Assembly: GCA_009859145.1 (NCBI GenBank)
Contig: VRVR01000005.1
Span: 358,502-422,501, forward strand
Source: Andalucia godoyi And28
Taxonomy: Eukaryota > Protista > Jakobida
Length of the DNA stretch: 64,000 nucleotides
Reading direction: 5' to 3'
Shown here: positions 1 through 11,060 of the stretch, piece after piece
Numbering within the stretch: position 1 is the stretch's first letter
How the letters are laid out: each line of letters begins with the position of its first letter
The notes under the pieces: generated by a model
Seen by the model: the letters and a program-made list of their open reading frames with translations, nothing else
Databases searched by the model: none
What the model was told of the DNA's origin: nothing
Program-made: the position numbers and the translations under genes

Positions 1-1
1 C

Positions 2-2767
2 CTGATTGTCACGATGATCAAGGAAGCATATGATGATTTCCAAAGATATGTCCGCGACAAGGAGGCAAATTCTCAAAAATACGACGTTTTGACGGAGCAT
101 GGTGTTGTTCAGATACCAAGTTCAAAGATTCGGGTTGGTGATTTGGTGATTGTCCATACAAACCAACGCGTTCCTGCGGACGGAATTCTTCTGCGAACCA
201 CGGAAAAGGGAGGCGCGTCGTTTGTGCGCACGGATCAGTTGGATGGTGAGACAGACTGGAAGCTCCGGAGGGCATTGTCGAGTTGCCAAGCATTGAGTTC
301 GGACCGTGCGCTGCTCTCGATGGAGGCACGAGTCTATGCAGAGGCACCTCGAAAAGAAATTTACGAGTTTGTTGGAACATTTCAAAGAGGAGACGACGAA
401 CAGGAGCCCGAGCCTGTGAGCTTAGAAAATACAATGTGGTCCAACTGCGTCGTTGCTTCGGGGACCTGCGTTTTGCTGATTGTCTATACTGGTCGAGAGA
501 CTCGCGCAGTCATGAACACCACGCACCCACGTGCCAAAGTCGGTGCACTGGACGCAGAGCTGAATTTCCTTTCGAAATTATTGTTTTTGTTTATGCTTTT
601 GATGTCCGTGCTTATGGTGTCTTTGAGAGGCTACCACGGGTCGTGGTATGTGTACCTTTTCCGGTTCATTCTTCTCTTCTCATCCATTATTCCGATCTCT
701 CTGCGCGTGAATTTAGACATGGGAAAGACAATGTATTCATGGTTCATGATGCGAGACGGCAAAATTGCAGGTACCGTTGTAAGGAATTCTGCAATTCCGG
801 AGGAACTTGGTCGCGTTTCGTATTTGCTGTCTGACAAGACCGGGACGCTGACCCAGAATGATATGATCTTCAAGAAACTCCACTTAGGCTTGATTTCCTT
901 TTCTCGCGATTCTTTGATGAATGCAAAGGAGTACCTTCGGGCGTCGTACAGCATGCAGCCGCAGTCCAGCGGAGCATCATCCGGAGCATATTCTCTTGAC
1001 TATGATGCTGACGTTTGCAGGGGTGTGCGGGATGCCATCCAAGCACTTTCTCTTTGCCACAATGTCACTCCAGTTTTGGAGGACGGCGCTCGGCAATACC
1101 AGGCATCCAGTCCCGACGAGGTTGCACTGGTGAAGTTTGCAGAAGTTGTTGGATTGGTCTTGGAAAACCGCACACAGGCTTCAATCACGCTTCGAAACCC
1201 CAACGGGTCTTTTGAGGAGTACGAGATCCTGCAGGTGTTCCCGTTTACTTCGGAACGAAAGCGAGCGGGGATTATTGTGAAGTCCCTGATCACAGGAGAG
1301 ACTACGTTTTACTTGAAAGGCGCCGATACCGTCATGCTGCGAATCTTGTACCACAGCGACTGGCTCTCCGAGGAATGTGATAACATGGCACGAGAAGGAC
1401 TGCGGACGCTTGTCATCGCGAAAAGAGTGATGGCAGACGAAGAGTATGCGGCATGGCTTGTCCGTTACAAGGAAGCACAAACAAAGATACTGAACCGGAC
1501 GACTGCTGTGCAGGCGGTTGTTGATAGCCTGGAAGTCGACATGCGCCTGCTAGCCCTTACTGGAGTGGAAGATCGCTTGCAGCAGGGTGTCCCTCAAGCA
1601 CTCGAAATGCTCCGTAATGCGGGAGTGCGCGTCTGGATGCTCACTGGTGACAAGGTGGACACGGCTATTTGCGTTGCCCGTGCGTCCAAGTTAGTGAATC
1701 GGTCTCAAGCCATTCGAATCATTCAGGGCACACAAGCGGTTGGCGAGATTCGATCGCAGCTTGCGGACTGCTCGTCTCTGCGCGACTTGTTTCTCGTTGT
1801 TGATGGCACTGTACTCGAGGTTTGCCTGAAGGAATGTCGGAATGACTTTTTCAGGACGGCCTCGGAAGCGTCCAGCGTCGCGGTCTGCCGTTGCTCTCCG
1901 ACACAGAAAGCACAGGTTGTGCGAATGCTGAAGGCATATGTTCCGAGCAAACGCACTTGTGCCATCGGCGACGGGGGAAATGATGTCAGCATGATCACTG
2001 CCGCCGACGTGGGCATCGGCATTGTCGGCAAGGAAGGCAAGCAAGCGTCGTTGGCTGCTGACTTTTCGATTATGCAGTTTTCGTTCATCACACGGTTGTT
2101 GCTGTGGCATGGCAGAAACGCTTACAAACGATCCGCTCGCCTGTCACAATTCGTAATTCATCGCGGCTTAATTATTTCCATCATCCAAGCCGCCTTCTCT
2201 GCTATTGTCTACTTTGCTGCCATCCCGATCTATACGGGCTGGTTGATGGTGGGATATGCGACGTACTACACCATGTTTCCGGTGTTTTCTCTGGTTCTGG
2301 ACTCGGACGTGGACGAGGAAATTGCTTTGACTTACCCCGAATTGTACAAGGAGCTCCAGAAGGGCCGGTCTTTGTCGTACAAGACGTTTTTGATTTGGGT
2401 GATGAAAGCGGTGTACCAGGGCGCTGCGATCATGATTCTGGCCATACTCTTTTTTGAAGACTCATTGCTTCGTATCGTGTCCATCACGTTTACTTCGCTG
2501 ATTGTGACTGAGTTGCTCATGGTCCTTTTTGAGGTTCATCATGTTACTCGTTGGATGACGGTGTCAGAAATTGTCTCTGCTGTCATTTACCTGTTCTCCA
2601 TCTTGCTGCTTCCAACGTACTTTGACACACTCTTCATGTTTACCTTTGCTTTTTGGTGGAGGGTTCTCGTCATTGTCATGTTCAGCGTTCTTCCTGTGTA
2701 TGTTGCGAAGATCATTCATCGACGCTTCAGCCCGCCAGTGTATGCCAAGCTGAACAATGTAGTTTGA
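2..2767 (+). CDS. ATP9: P4-type ATPase (phospholipid flippase), ATP9/NEO1 class; 5'-partial
   Basis: DKTGTLT phosphorylation motif, DGET actuator motif, TGDK and GDGGND motifs, PISL in TM4. The frame is open to the window edge (L-I-V-T before the ATG at 14), so the true start is upstream. Confidence 0.93.
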   Translation: MIVTMIKEAYDDFQRYVRDKEANSQKYDVLTEHGVVQIPSSKIRVGDLVIVHTNQRVPADGILLRTTEKGGASFVRTDQLDGETDWKLRRALSSCQALSSDRALLSMEARVYAEAPRKEIYEFVGTFQRGDDEQEPEPVSLENTMWSNCVVASGTCVLLIVYTGRETRAVMNTTHPRAKVGALDAELNFLSKLLFLFMLLMSVLMVSLRGYHGSWYVYLFRFILLFSSIIPISLRVNLDMGKTMYSWFMMRDGKIAGTVVRNSAIPEELGRVSYLLSDKTGTLTQNDMIFKKLHLGLISFSRDSLMNAKEYLRASYSMQPQSSGASSGAYSLDYDADVCRGVRDAIQALSLCHNVTPVLEDGARQYQASSPDEVALVKFAEVVGLVLENRTQASITLRNPNGSFEEYEILQVFPFTSERKRAGIIVKSLITGETTFYLKGADTVMLRILYHSDWLSEECDNMAREGLRTLVIAKRVMADEEYAAWLVRYKEAQTKILNRTTAVQAVVDSLEVDMRLLALTGVEDRLQQGVPQALEMLRNAGVRVWMLTGDKVDTAICVARASKLVNRSQAIRIIQGTQAVGEIRSQLADCSSLRDLFLVVDGTVLEVCLKECRNDFFRTASEASSVAVCRCSPTQKAQVVRMLKAYVPSKRTCAIGDGGNDVSMITAADVGIGIVGKEGKQASLAADFSIMQFSFITRLLLWHGRNAYKRSARLSQFVIHRGLIISIIQAAFSAIVYFAAIPIYTGWLMVGYATYYTMFPVFSLVLDSDVDEEIALTYPELYKELQKGRSLSYKTFLIWVMKAVYQGAAIMILAILFFEDSLLRIVSITFTSLIVTELLMVLFEVHHVTRWMTVSEIVSAVIYLFSILLLPTYFDTLFMFTFAFWWRVLVIVMFSVLPVYVAKIIHRRFSPPVYAKLNNVV

Positions 2768-2963
2768 TAATGACATACATGAAGTAATTTTATGTAGTTT
2801 TATCGATTCCGTGAGAGTGTGTCTTTTTCTCTTCTTCTTTTTTCTTATTCGCTGTGCGAGTGAGGCTCCTTTCGTTCGACAAAAGAAAATAAACCCCCCC
2901 AGCACATTGTGTGTACATGCACCGCCTTTGGAGGTGCTATTGTTGCTATGACTATCCCTGGTC

Positions 2964-5024
2964 TTAAAAAGCCAATTGTTTCCACATTTCTTGAAGGCGC
3001 ATGAACTCCGACCGGGCGTGGACGGCAGGGTAATTCTCGTACGCAGCCAAAGTTGCATCCTGTACACAAAAGTGGGCAAACTTATCGAGTGCTGCGGAAG
3101 AGGGTCGGCCATGCATATTCAGGTTCTGCATAAGGGATTGCACTGTAACAACGTCATCATCACTCTCTCCTGCGTCAGTAACCATCCGCAGCGGTACGGC
3201 GCTTGGACGAACGGACCGGCCGGCATCTGCATTCCCAGGCAGCGGCTGTTGAGGAGACATCCCCTCCATGGTAAACATCATCCCGTCTTCATCGTCCTGC
3301 TGTTGCTGTTGCTGTTGCTGCGGGTGCTGTTGCTGGTGCTGGTGCTGTTCCGGCTTTGCGAACGGAATCATATTCGGTGCCGATGCAGGGGTCAAATCAG
3401 ATACGGACCGCTGTCGCGTATTCGCCGCAAACTGCGCGTTTGTGACGGCAGCAATGGCCACAGCAGATGCATTGGGAACCAATGCATTGGCAGGATTGTT
3501 GTTATACGGATACGAGTGAGGTACGACCTTTTGAGACGATACGCCATCTCTTTGGGACAATAGGTGTTGCTGATGTTGCGGTACTTGAACAGCGTTTGAA
3601 CTTGGAATCTGCTGGTGAATTCCCGGATACAGGTGCGGAACAAACTGCGTCGGTGGCGATTCCCGGAACGGCGAGAACGAAAGCTTGAACGATTTTGATT
3701 GTTCTGTTCTCGATCCGTGAATAGGAACCATAGACCCAAGCGGAGGAGAAACGGAGAGATTCGCCGAAGTAGCATACTGATCCATTGTCGGTGGAGAATG
3801 CGACGCGGGAGTGAATGCAGAAGCGCCATACTGCGCAGAGTTTTGGCTGCCATTGTGTGCAGTCTTTGGTTTTTGGATGGGTATTCCCACAGCACCGACG
3901 CTTGCCCCTTCTGAACCGAGCACGGTCGAGTTCATCGTCGTCGCCGCAGAAACAGACGACCCGGCTACGGTGTGTCCGTTTGTGGACGAAGAGTGCGAAA
4001 CATTCACGAACGATGCATTTGACTGGACAGAACCAGAGCTCAACACTCCGGCTCCTGATCCGTTTGCATGCACGAGAGGTGCAGTGCTTGCAAGCACTCT
4101 GCCAGGCTGTGTCATTGATCGAGGTCGAGAAGGAACCGACGCTCCATATGGATTCGATCCGCTTGTGTGTGAAGAAGAATGAATCGACGCAGAGTTGTAT
4201 GAGGTGGCAACCATATCTGAGGACCCGGAACTTGAGCTTGAGTGTCCTCGGACGATCGCCTGCGGTCCAGAAGGACCATACTGTGTGATGAAATCGTTGA
4301 TGACGACTGATTTCATTGACGGCTGGGCATGCAGCAATTCCGAGGGCGACTCTGTAAGAAACTCCACGGACAGCTGGATTGTCCCAAATTCAGAAAACAC
4401 TGGTGAAAAGGACACTTGCGAAAACCCACTGGAGCTCGACACGGATCCGTTTCCATTCAAATTGTTCGAGTTTGCGTTGCTGTTGAGCGACTGTGATTGC
4501 GACGACTGTGTGGCAAAAATTGCCCCGTTGTTCGAAAACTCCTCTTCGTTGGAGTACAAATGGAACCCCATTGTGAATCCAAGAGTTCGATTCTTTTGCA
4601 GCTTTCGAAACAGCTCAAACGACGGCATCAGTCTGACCCGCGAAAACACGCTTCGGATTAAGACGATAAGTGCCTTGTACGATTTTGCGAGTTCAATACG
4701 CTGGGTTGAATCCAAGGGAATCTTTCCAAAATCCAGTCTCCATCGCTCCAGAATGTACCGCTGCTTCTCGTTGCTGTGGGGTCCTCGTCGGTAAGCATAC
4801 ACTTCGATTCCAAGAAACCTGTGGAACTGCTGCTGCCAAGGAAGAAGCTCCGATGTAATCAAATCGCAGTCTTCCGTCTCCAAATTAAACAGCTTGTTCC
4901 GCTTCCCCGATATCGTTCCAAGCGGAAACTGGACCCGGGTCTGTAGAATAATTTGCGATACCTTTGAAATCGTCTCCTTCCACAAGTACAAGAACTTTGT
5001 TCGACCACCTGACGGATCCGACAT
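2964..5024 (-). CDS. ATG13: Autophagy protein ATG13 (N-terminal HORMA domain, long Ser/Gln-rich disordered tail)
   Basis: N-terminal ~200 aa carry ATG13-type blocks: KVSQIILQTR, LFNLE, LERWRLDF, YKALIVLIRSVFSRVRLMPSFELFRKL. First ATG of the ORF is at 5024. Confidence 0.8.
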   Translation of the reverse strand: MSDPSGGRTKFLYLWKETISKVSQIILQTRVQFPLGTISGKRNKLFNLETEDCDLITSELLPWQQQFHRFLGIEVYAYRRGPHSNEKQRYILERWRLDFGKIPLDSTQRIELAKSYKALIVLIRSVFSRVRLMPSFELFRKLQKNRTLGFTMGFHLYSNEEEFSNNGAIFATQSSQSQSLNSNANSNNLNGNGSVSSSSGFSQVSFSPVFSEFGTIQLSVEFLTESPSELLHAQPSMKSVVINDFITQYGPSGPQAIVRGHSSSSSGSSDMVATSYNSASIHSSSHTSGSNPYGASVPSRPRSMTQPGRVLASTAPLVHANGSGAGVLSSGSVQSNASFVNVSHSSSTNGHTVAGSSVSAATTMNSTVLGSEGASVGAVGIPIQKPKTAHNGSQNSAQYGASAFTPASHSPPTMDQYATSANLSVSPPLGSMVPIHGSRTEQSKSFKLSFSPFRESPPTQFVPHLYPGIHQQIPSSNAVQVPQHQQHLLSQRDGVSSQKVVPHSYPYNNNPANALVPNASAVAIAAVTNAQFAANTRQRSVSDLTPASAPNMIPFAKPEQHQHQQQHPQQQQQQQQDDEDGMMFTMEGMSPQQPLPGNADAGRSVRPSAVPLRMVTDAGESDDDVVTVQSLMQNLNMHGRPSSAALDKFAHFCVQDATLAAYENYPAVHARSEFMRLQEMWKQLAF

Positions 5025-5471
5025 TATCCCTCCGTTATAGTTCGCTACCAAACAAACCAAACGGACAACACAACCAACGGACACAAATAAAACGGACTGC
5101 CTGCTAAACCGGAGGGGGACTTTAGGCGATGAAGCAGAACGGCAAAAGAAGATGAAATACGGGAGGAGGGAAAGAATGCGATGTTACTGGATTGGATGAA
5201 ATAGTCAGCAAAGCCACGAGAGTGAGAGAAATGAAGAGAGTTCGCAAACAAACTATTGTGTTGTTGTTGTTGTTTTCTGTGTTCTTCTTCTTCTTTTTTT
5301 CCCCTCTTTGCAACTGGGGAGTTCTGAGTGAAGAAGAATGAGGGAAAAGGAAGACAATCGACACTCTTTCTTCTTCTTCGTGTCTTGGATGAGATGAAGA
5401 AATAATGAAGAATACAAGGAGAGTACGAAGGACGGAACGACGGACAGGGTGAAAGATGGTAAGTATATTAC

Positions 5472-5520
5472 AGAAGAAGAAGCAGAAGAAGCAGAAGAAG
5501 CAGAAGAAGCAGAAGAAGAA
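5472..5520. repeat. (GAAGAAGCA)n simple tandem repeat
   Basis: Directly visible 9-nt unit, about 5 copies, intergenic. Confidence 0.9.
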
Positions 5521-6549
5521 AAAGTGATGTTTGGAAACGAATCGTTGTCCTTGGAGAGAGGAAAAGAAAAAATCGGATACAACAGAAAATAGGCGGGAAT
5601 CAAGAGAGACAAGGAGGTTTGATCAAGCAAACAGAACTCAATCTGATGGCACACAGAGATGGGATCCTTTTTAAGCCCGCGGTACGGATGGCGGCCGGAT
5701 TGGATGTTCCGAAGCAATCCGGAATGCGGTGATTCGATCGCCCTGAGTCACACAGACGTGGATGGAAGAAAAAATGAAAAAAGAACGGGAAAATTGAGTG
5801 CTGTTGTTGGGGGGCGGGGGTTCTATACAAGACGTGGGTTTTTCTTCTTCTTTTTTTCTTGCATGGGGCGTGATCAAAACAACCCAAGTGCCACCGAGGT
5901 TTCCCTTCACTTGATTTGAGGACAAAAGAAGAAAAGCGGTGCAAAATGGGGGAAGTTTCTCGTCTGCTTGCATCTCCTTCCCATCTTGTACATCCCTTCG
6001 ACGTTGTGCTCGCATGGCTTTCCCGGAAGGTTGTGGAACCCTGGAAAGGCCTTCCTTGCTTGTCGGGAATGGTCCATTCGTCAAGTGGTAACTTGCTGTC
6101 AAGAGCAAAGAGAGAGCCGGGGAAGCTCGGAGGACTGAAGGGAAAGGTGCAGTCGAGCGCGAAAAAGAAAAAGAAATGGAGCAAGAATTCGAACGCCGTT
6201 CTTTTTCGAGTCTGAAGACGCGAGGGCGTCCGGCCGTTTGCGCTCGCGTCAAATCCGTTCGGCAACGTGCAGCACGCGTTTTCTTTTTTTTTTTTGTTTT
6301 GTTTTTGGTTTGTCTTTTCTCGTTCCTTCTCCATTGCATTCTCTCTCGCAACATTGATTCATGACAATGGGAAAAAACAAAATAAAAGCGATTTAGAACC
6401 TCGAACGGACGGCAGATGCATGGTGCACATAACGTGCTGTTAGAAAGAAGAAAAAAACTATTTATGGATTTCTACGTTGCTGCTGCTGTTGTGGCTGTGC
6501 TTACATTATATTAAAGACCTCAGGAGGAGGAGCTGGGCAAGCGAACGAG

Positions 6550-7515
6550 CTACATTCTGAGAAGAGCCTCAATAGATCGCATGGGATCGCGAGGAAGCAG
6601 TTGGGCAAAGTTGAGAACGGCTCCGTGCAGAACGGATATGCGATGCATTTCATTGTGGAATCGAACGGCATCCATGTCTGACGTTGCAAGTGCTCCATAC
6701 AGCGGCAGAGCATCTCGAATCGGAACATTGTGATCTTCTGGAATTGCCGTGGCTTCACTCGGATTCTCCACAAGACGATGGAGGGTCGTCGATCGATCTA
6801 GCGCCAACACTTCATCGACAAGTACCTCGAAAGCGGCTTCGGAGATGGGAGAATTGCCCTGCACCGATATTCTTTCCGTCGTCAAAAACTCCAGGTTCCA
6901 GTACTCCTGATCTTCGAATCCAAGGTTCCATAAGAAGCTGGCATCGTCGAATGCCACTGCGGTCTCGAATTCCGGAATGCTGCGAACAGACACGACTGGC
7001 GCAGACTCTGCTTCGAAGCCGTGGCTGTCCGCCCCACTCCCGACCATTGTGTTAGCCGACTGCCGTTCCAATGCGTCAACAGTAAAGCGATTCTCGAAGA
7101 CACAGTACAATTCTTCGTCAGCCACGTAGCACTCCCCAACTTCTCCTCCTGCTGTTCCAGTTGTGCCGTCCCCAATCTCACCGGAATTGTACAGTTCCGC
7201 GCAGATGCTTTCGAGAGTTCCTGGCTGCAGGGCTTGGGTCCCCTCTTTTCGGGGCGTTGCGAAGGAGTCCATGCTTTCGCCGGAAAGGCTCCATCCCTTG
7301 CTGAACGTTGTGTGCGGCGCAGGCGATGAGATTCCTCGGCCAGACGTTGCGGAGGATGGAGTAGCGAGCTTGTTACCACTGGTGGATGACACCAGAGATG
7401 GAAATCGCTCGTGGATCATTCGCAGCGTGGGAGAAACGGCGGCTGCGTTTCGAAGATCAAGACTAATCGATCGTGCGTTTGCGGCTGCCATGATTCCTTC
7501 TTTATATTTCCTCAA
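6550..7515 (-). CDS. Hypothetical protein (about 320 aa), possibly with upstream exon(s)
   Basis: Long open frame with protein-like composition. A TTTATAG acceptor-like site lies just upstream and is in frame as phase 1. No family recognised. Confidence 0.65.
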   Translation of the reverse strand: MRKYKEGIMAAANARSISLDLRNAAAVSPTLRMIHERFPSLVSSTSGNKLATPSSATSGRGISSPAPHTTFSKGWSLSGESMDSFATPRKEGTQALQPGTLESICAELYNSGEIGDGTTGTAGGEVGECYVADEELYCVFENRFTVDALERQSANTMVGSGADSHGFEAESAPVVSVRSIPEFETAVAFDDASFLWNLGFEDQEYWNLEFLTTERISVQGNSPISEAAFEVLVDEVLALDRSTTLHRLVENPSEATAIPEDHNVPIRDALPLYGALATSDMDAVRFHNEMHRISVLHGAVLNFAQLLPRDPMRSIEALLRM

Positions 7516-8499
7516 CGCGTGTGTATTCGAAAAGTCTATAAAACTGGCTAATTCACGCCGACACCAACCGCCTCCCTTTTTTTTTTTTTTTGCTAATCAG
7601 CTCAGGCAGTTACGAAATAGCAAGTCTAACCTCCACCCGTTTCGACTGGGAATTATCAACGAATTCGGAAGAAACACAAACACACGCAGAGACAAACCGA
7701 TAGACAGAGCGACAACAAAAACTTAGTCTGCATCTTGAGCGCTCTCAGTTGTTCAACATCGTGCGTTCATCGACCGACAACTCGACCCAAAGTAGAACCG
7801 TGGTCACCGTTGAGAAGGGGAGGGGAGGCGGGGAGAACAAGTGCGGGGGCAACCCCCCTCTGTTCCGTTCCGCATAGTAGAATTGCTGATTGATACTGTC
7901 CCGGCAGGTGGTGGGATGCAGGTGCGTACGATGATGTTCAAGCGAGTTTCGAGTGAACACGACGAAACGCGGCAGCATTTCTGGGCTGAGAAAGGTACGA
8001 CCGAACTGCGCCTCGAGAGCATTCTTTAACACTGCTATCACCCTGTCCATTGCAGACTCTTACGCAGCTTTTTTATTTTGAAAGCGAACAAACATTCGTC
8101 CCTGTCATCGTACTTCCTCGCGTTCCCTCCCCGCACATCCAAAAACACTCGCCACTCCTGCCAGCCTGCAAAACTTCCGTGCCTGCTGTACTGCTTCTCG
8201 TAAAATTTCACCTATCCTCCGATCATGTTTTCGCTCGAACCCACCCCGAAGCCCTGGGGGAAGCTGACCAGCATTTCCAACTGCCCATCTCAAAAAGCCC
8301 CGGCCCGCACCAACTCTCTTTTCTCTTCTCTGGCTATTTTATACATACATACATACATATATATATGTGTGTGTTTGTATACGTTTTTTCACTCTTTGCT
8401 TTTTATTTTATTTTAAGTATTTAAATTGTTGAATACTCGTAGAGTTCTTCAGTGATTTCTGTGGTGTGCCATTTTCAAAGACCACTACCACCACCATCA

Positions 8500-8547
8500 C
8501 AACAACAACAACAACAACAACAACAACAGCAACAACAACAACAACAA
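8500..8547. repeat. (CAA)n microsatellite immediately upstream of the SF-assemblin ATG
   Basis: Directly visible; produces the spurious poly-Q N-terminal extension in the ORF track. Confidence 0.9.
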
Positions 8548-8550
8548 GAA

Positions 8551-9390
8551 ATGTCGTACCAGCGCTCACCTCCAGCAAACAACTCGTCGTTCTCGCAGCC
8601 GTACTCTCCGCGCTCGACAATGTCTGCGTCGACATCATCGTCTTCGCCGTCGCTTGAGAAGCTTGCGCGGATCCGGGAGTCGTTCAGCGCGCTGTCCACG
8701 GATCTGCAATCGGAAGTGGAGGTTCGTCGGAACCAGGACCTCTCACGCGTCGAGGAGCTTCGAGAGTATGTTTCACGCAACGAAAAGAATCTTGCGATGG
8801 AGATCAAGAGACGAACGGAAGCAGATAAGGTCATTACACAGCTTTTGGAAACGTCCATTGCCCAGACGCAAGAATCTCTTGAAAAGCAACTTGCGGAAAA
8901 GTTCCATCATTTGCAATTGACGACGGATGTGCTTTCAAAGCGCATTTCTTCGTGTGAAAAGGATGCAAACGACGACCGAGAGTCCAAGGCCCGTGCGCTG
9001 GAAAACTCGACGAATGTCCTGATGGGAGAGATCCAGTCCGTCTCTGCGTCTCTGGAGAATGAAAAGATCCAGCGAATCGAACGCGATAATGCATTTTCAA
9101 AGAAGTTTACGGATGAAGTATTCCGCATCAACGAGCGCATCGAGGCAGAGCGCATTTCAAGAGAGTCTAGCTTTGCAGCCATCCGAGAGGATATTGAAAA
9201 GTACAACCGCAGCAAGGAGAAGAAGGACGAGCTCTTTGCAAACCACGTTCTTGAGGAAATCGAAACGCTGAAAACGGCTATCAGAATCGAGGCCGAGAAC
9301 AGAGAGACAGGCGAGGACTCGCTTGCACAGACGCTCCACGATGTTGTTCATAGACTCCAGGAAGGACTGCACATCGTCTCGGCAAAGTAA
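8551..9390 (+). CDS. SF-assemblin / beta-giardin family striated-fibre protein
   Basis: Short Ser/Pro-rich head followed by a ~250 aa segmented coiled coil with the family blocks LAMEIKRRTEADK, LENEKIQRIERD, RIEAERISRE and EAENRETGED; size about 280 aa. Confidence 0.85.
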   Translation: MSYQRSPPANNSSFSQPYSPRSTMSASTSSSSPSLEKLARIRESFSALSTDLQSEVEVRRNQDLSRVEELREYVSRNEKNLAMEIKRRTEADKVITQLLETSIAQTQESLEKQLAEKFHHLQLTTDVLSKRISSCEKDANDDRESKARALENSTNVLMGEIQSVSASLENEKIQRIERDNAFSKKFTDEVFRINERIEAERISRESSFAAIREDIEKYNRSKEKKDELFANHVLEEIETLKTAIRIEAENRETGEDSLAQTLHDVVHRLQEGLHIVSAK

Positions 9391-9842
9391 TCGCAACAAC
9401 CGTTCCCGGACCGAAGCAGAAGAGTGTTCAATGGTCAAACACCGATAACACGTGTGTCGAACGGATCAATCGAACGGCTTTTTTTGTTGACGTGCGTGTG
9501 CGTTCTTCAGTCTTGGCTTTTTATTGTGTATTTTGTTGCGCACACACCCTTCTCTCCTTGTTTGCTCTTGCCCTTTTGTGTTTTTTTCGTTTTTGTTTTG
9601 AATCGTCTGTGGCGTGATTTTTGAATCTTTTTTTTTTTTTTCGTATTTGTTGTGTTTGTTGCTGCCACTTGTTTGGGCGCTTTTCCGTGTAATAAAATAA
9701 AAATTAAAAAAAATAAAATAATAATAATAATGAATGAAAAAGATGTATTGGAAAACATATTGGAAAGTGTGTTCCGCGAACCCCCTTGCATCCCAACCTA
9801 CCTCCATGGCATGTACCGCAGGTCAGTCTAGCACACATCCTC

Positions 9843-11060
9843 TCAAAGATGAGTCCCGAATGGGACAAATACATCCTGGGTGTCGCAGGATCCCAACAAC
9901 TGCGCAACAAGATCCCTGTGATGGTTCCGCTTTCGCCTCTTTGTCGCCCGCACCTCATCCAGCGTCTGTCCTCTCGTTTCCTGCACTTCGTCCTCTGCTC
10001 TCCTTTCTTCTTCAGCGTCATCGGCATCGGCATCGGCACCGGCATCGGCATCGGCATCGGCATCATCGGGGAGCGCATTTTCATGCTTGGTGGCGTTGGA
10101 TTTGACGGCGGCTCGTCCTTCGGCGCTCGGATGCATGCGGGAAATGTGTCTTCGAAGCAAGTATGAAAATGCAAAGGCCTTCGCACAAACCGAGCACGCA
10201 TAATTGCGAACGGAGGAGTGAGCAGATCGCACATGTGAATTGAGATTGGACCGTGTGACGAACGCCTTGTCGCATCCCGGAAACTCACATTCAAAAACAC
10301 CCCTGGGACTGCCTTCAAAGATGACGGTCAGTGCGCCGCAGGAGGAAGACGATACTTTCCTCCGTAGTCTTCGCGGGCTCTTTGGCGACGAAGCTTGCAG
10401 AGAGTCATCCATGATGCTCTCAAAGGTGTTTGTGTTCGCAGGACTTGCAGAGCCGCTGCATGCAAGATCAAAGCCGGGATGCAGACTCTGCACATGATCA
10501 TGCAGTGCTTCCATCGTCGGAAACAAGTCATTGCAGTCTTCGCATGGGCATGGAACAACATCTCCGATGTCCACGTGGCGACTCAGATGCCGAAACAGCC
10601 GTTCTTCATCTCGAAACTCCGAATTGCAGACTTTGCAGACATGGTGCAAATCCTTGGAATCGATATTCGCGGATGCATGGTCATTGAATTCGCATTCCTT
10701 AACGTGCCTTCGCAGCTGAACCTTCTTCGCAAAGGACGCGGTGCATCCTCGGAAAACACATGAATACGGTGTTGGATTCACATGTGCCAATTGATGTCGC
10801 TTTAAGTGGTGCCGCAGAACAAAGGAGGCGCTGCACCCCGGATGATCACACGCAAACGATCTCTTTAAATTGCCTTCCAAATGTGTCTTTTGATGGCGTT
10901 TCAAATGGTCACAGCGCCGAAACGACTTGCCGCAGACATTGCACACACACGGTTTCGCTCCCGTGTGCGAACGGACATGTTCCTCAAGTTTATATTTCTT
11001 GAATGTAGTGAACGTGCATTCGGGATAGTGGCACGTCCACTGCTTGTTCAAGTCGCTCAT
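9843..11060 (-). CDS. Multi-C2H2 zinc-finger protein, TFIIIA-like
   Basis: Eight fingers (seven C2H2, one C2HC), several with the Cx4C spacing typical of TFIIIA (CHYPEC, CDHPGC, CEFPGC). The C-terminus has an acidic (DA)n tract and a basic KRRKR NLS. Confidence 0.7.
   Translation of the reverse strand: MSDLNKQWTCHYPECTFTTFKKYKLEEHVRSHTGAKPCVCNVCGKSFRRCDHLKRHQKTHLEGNLKRSFACDHPGCSASFVLRHHLKRHQLAHVNPTPYSCVFRGCTASFAKKVQLRRHVKECEFNDHASANIDSKDLHHVCKVCNSEFRDEERLFRHLSRHVDIGDVVPCPCEDCNDLFPTMEALHDHVQSLHPGFDLACSGSASPANTNTFESIMDDSLQASSPKSPRRLRRKVSSSSCGALTVIFEGSPRGVFECEFPGCDKAFVTRSNLNSHVRSAHSSVRNYACSVCAKAFAFSYLLRRHISRMHPSAEGRAAVKSNATKHENALPDDADADADAGADADADDAEEERRAEDEVQETRGQTLDEVRATKRRKRNHHRDLVAQLLGSCDTQDVFVPFGTHL

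Noticed and set aside
5472-5520. Short tandem repeats (also (CAA)n, (GA)n, (TG)n, (TTTTG)n, (AAT)n, (AAAACC)n) as CRISPR-like arrays
   Set aside because: They are head-to-tail microsatellites with no unique spacers, typical of eukaryotic intergenic DNA.
7985-8200. SRP helix-8-like CAGGCACGGAAG and RNase P P4-like AGGTACGA/TCGTACTT pairings
   Set aside because: The SRP candidate lacks the AGCAG strand. The P4 candidate lacks the universally bulged U and the CR-V context, and its spacing is too short.
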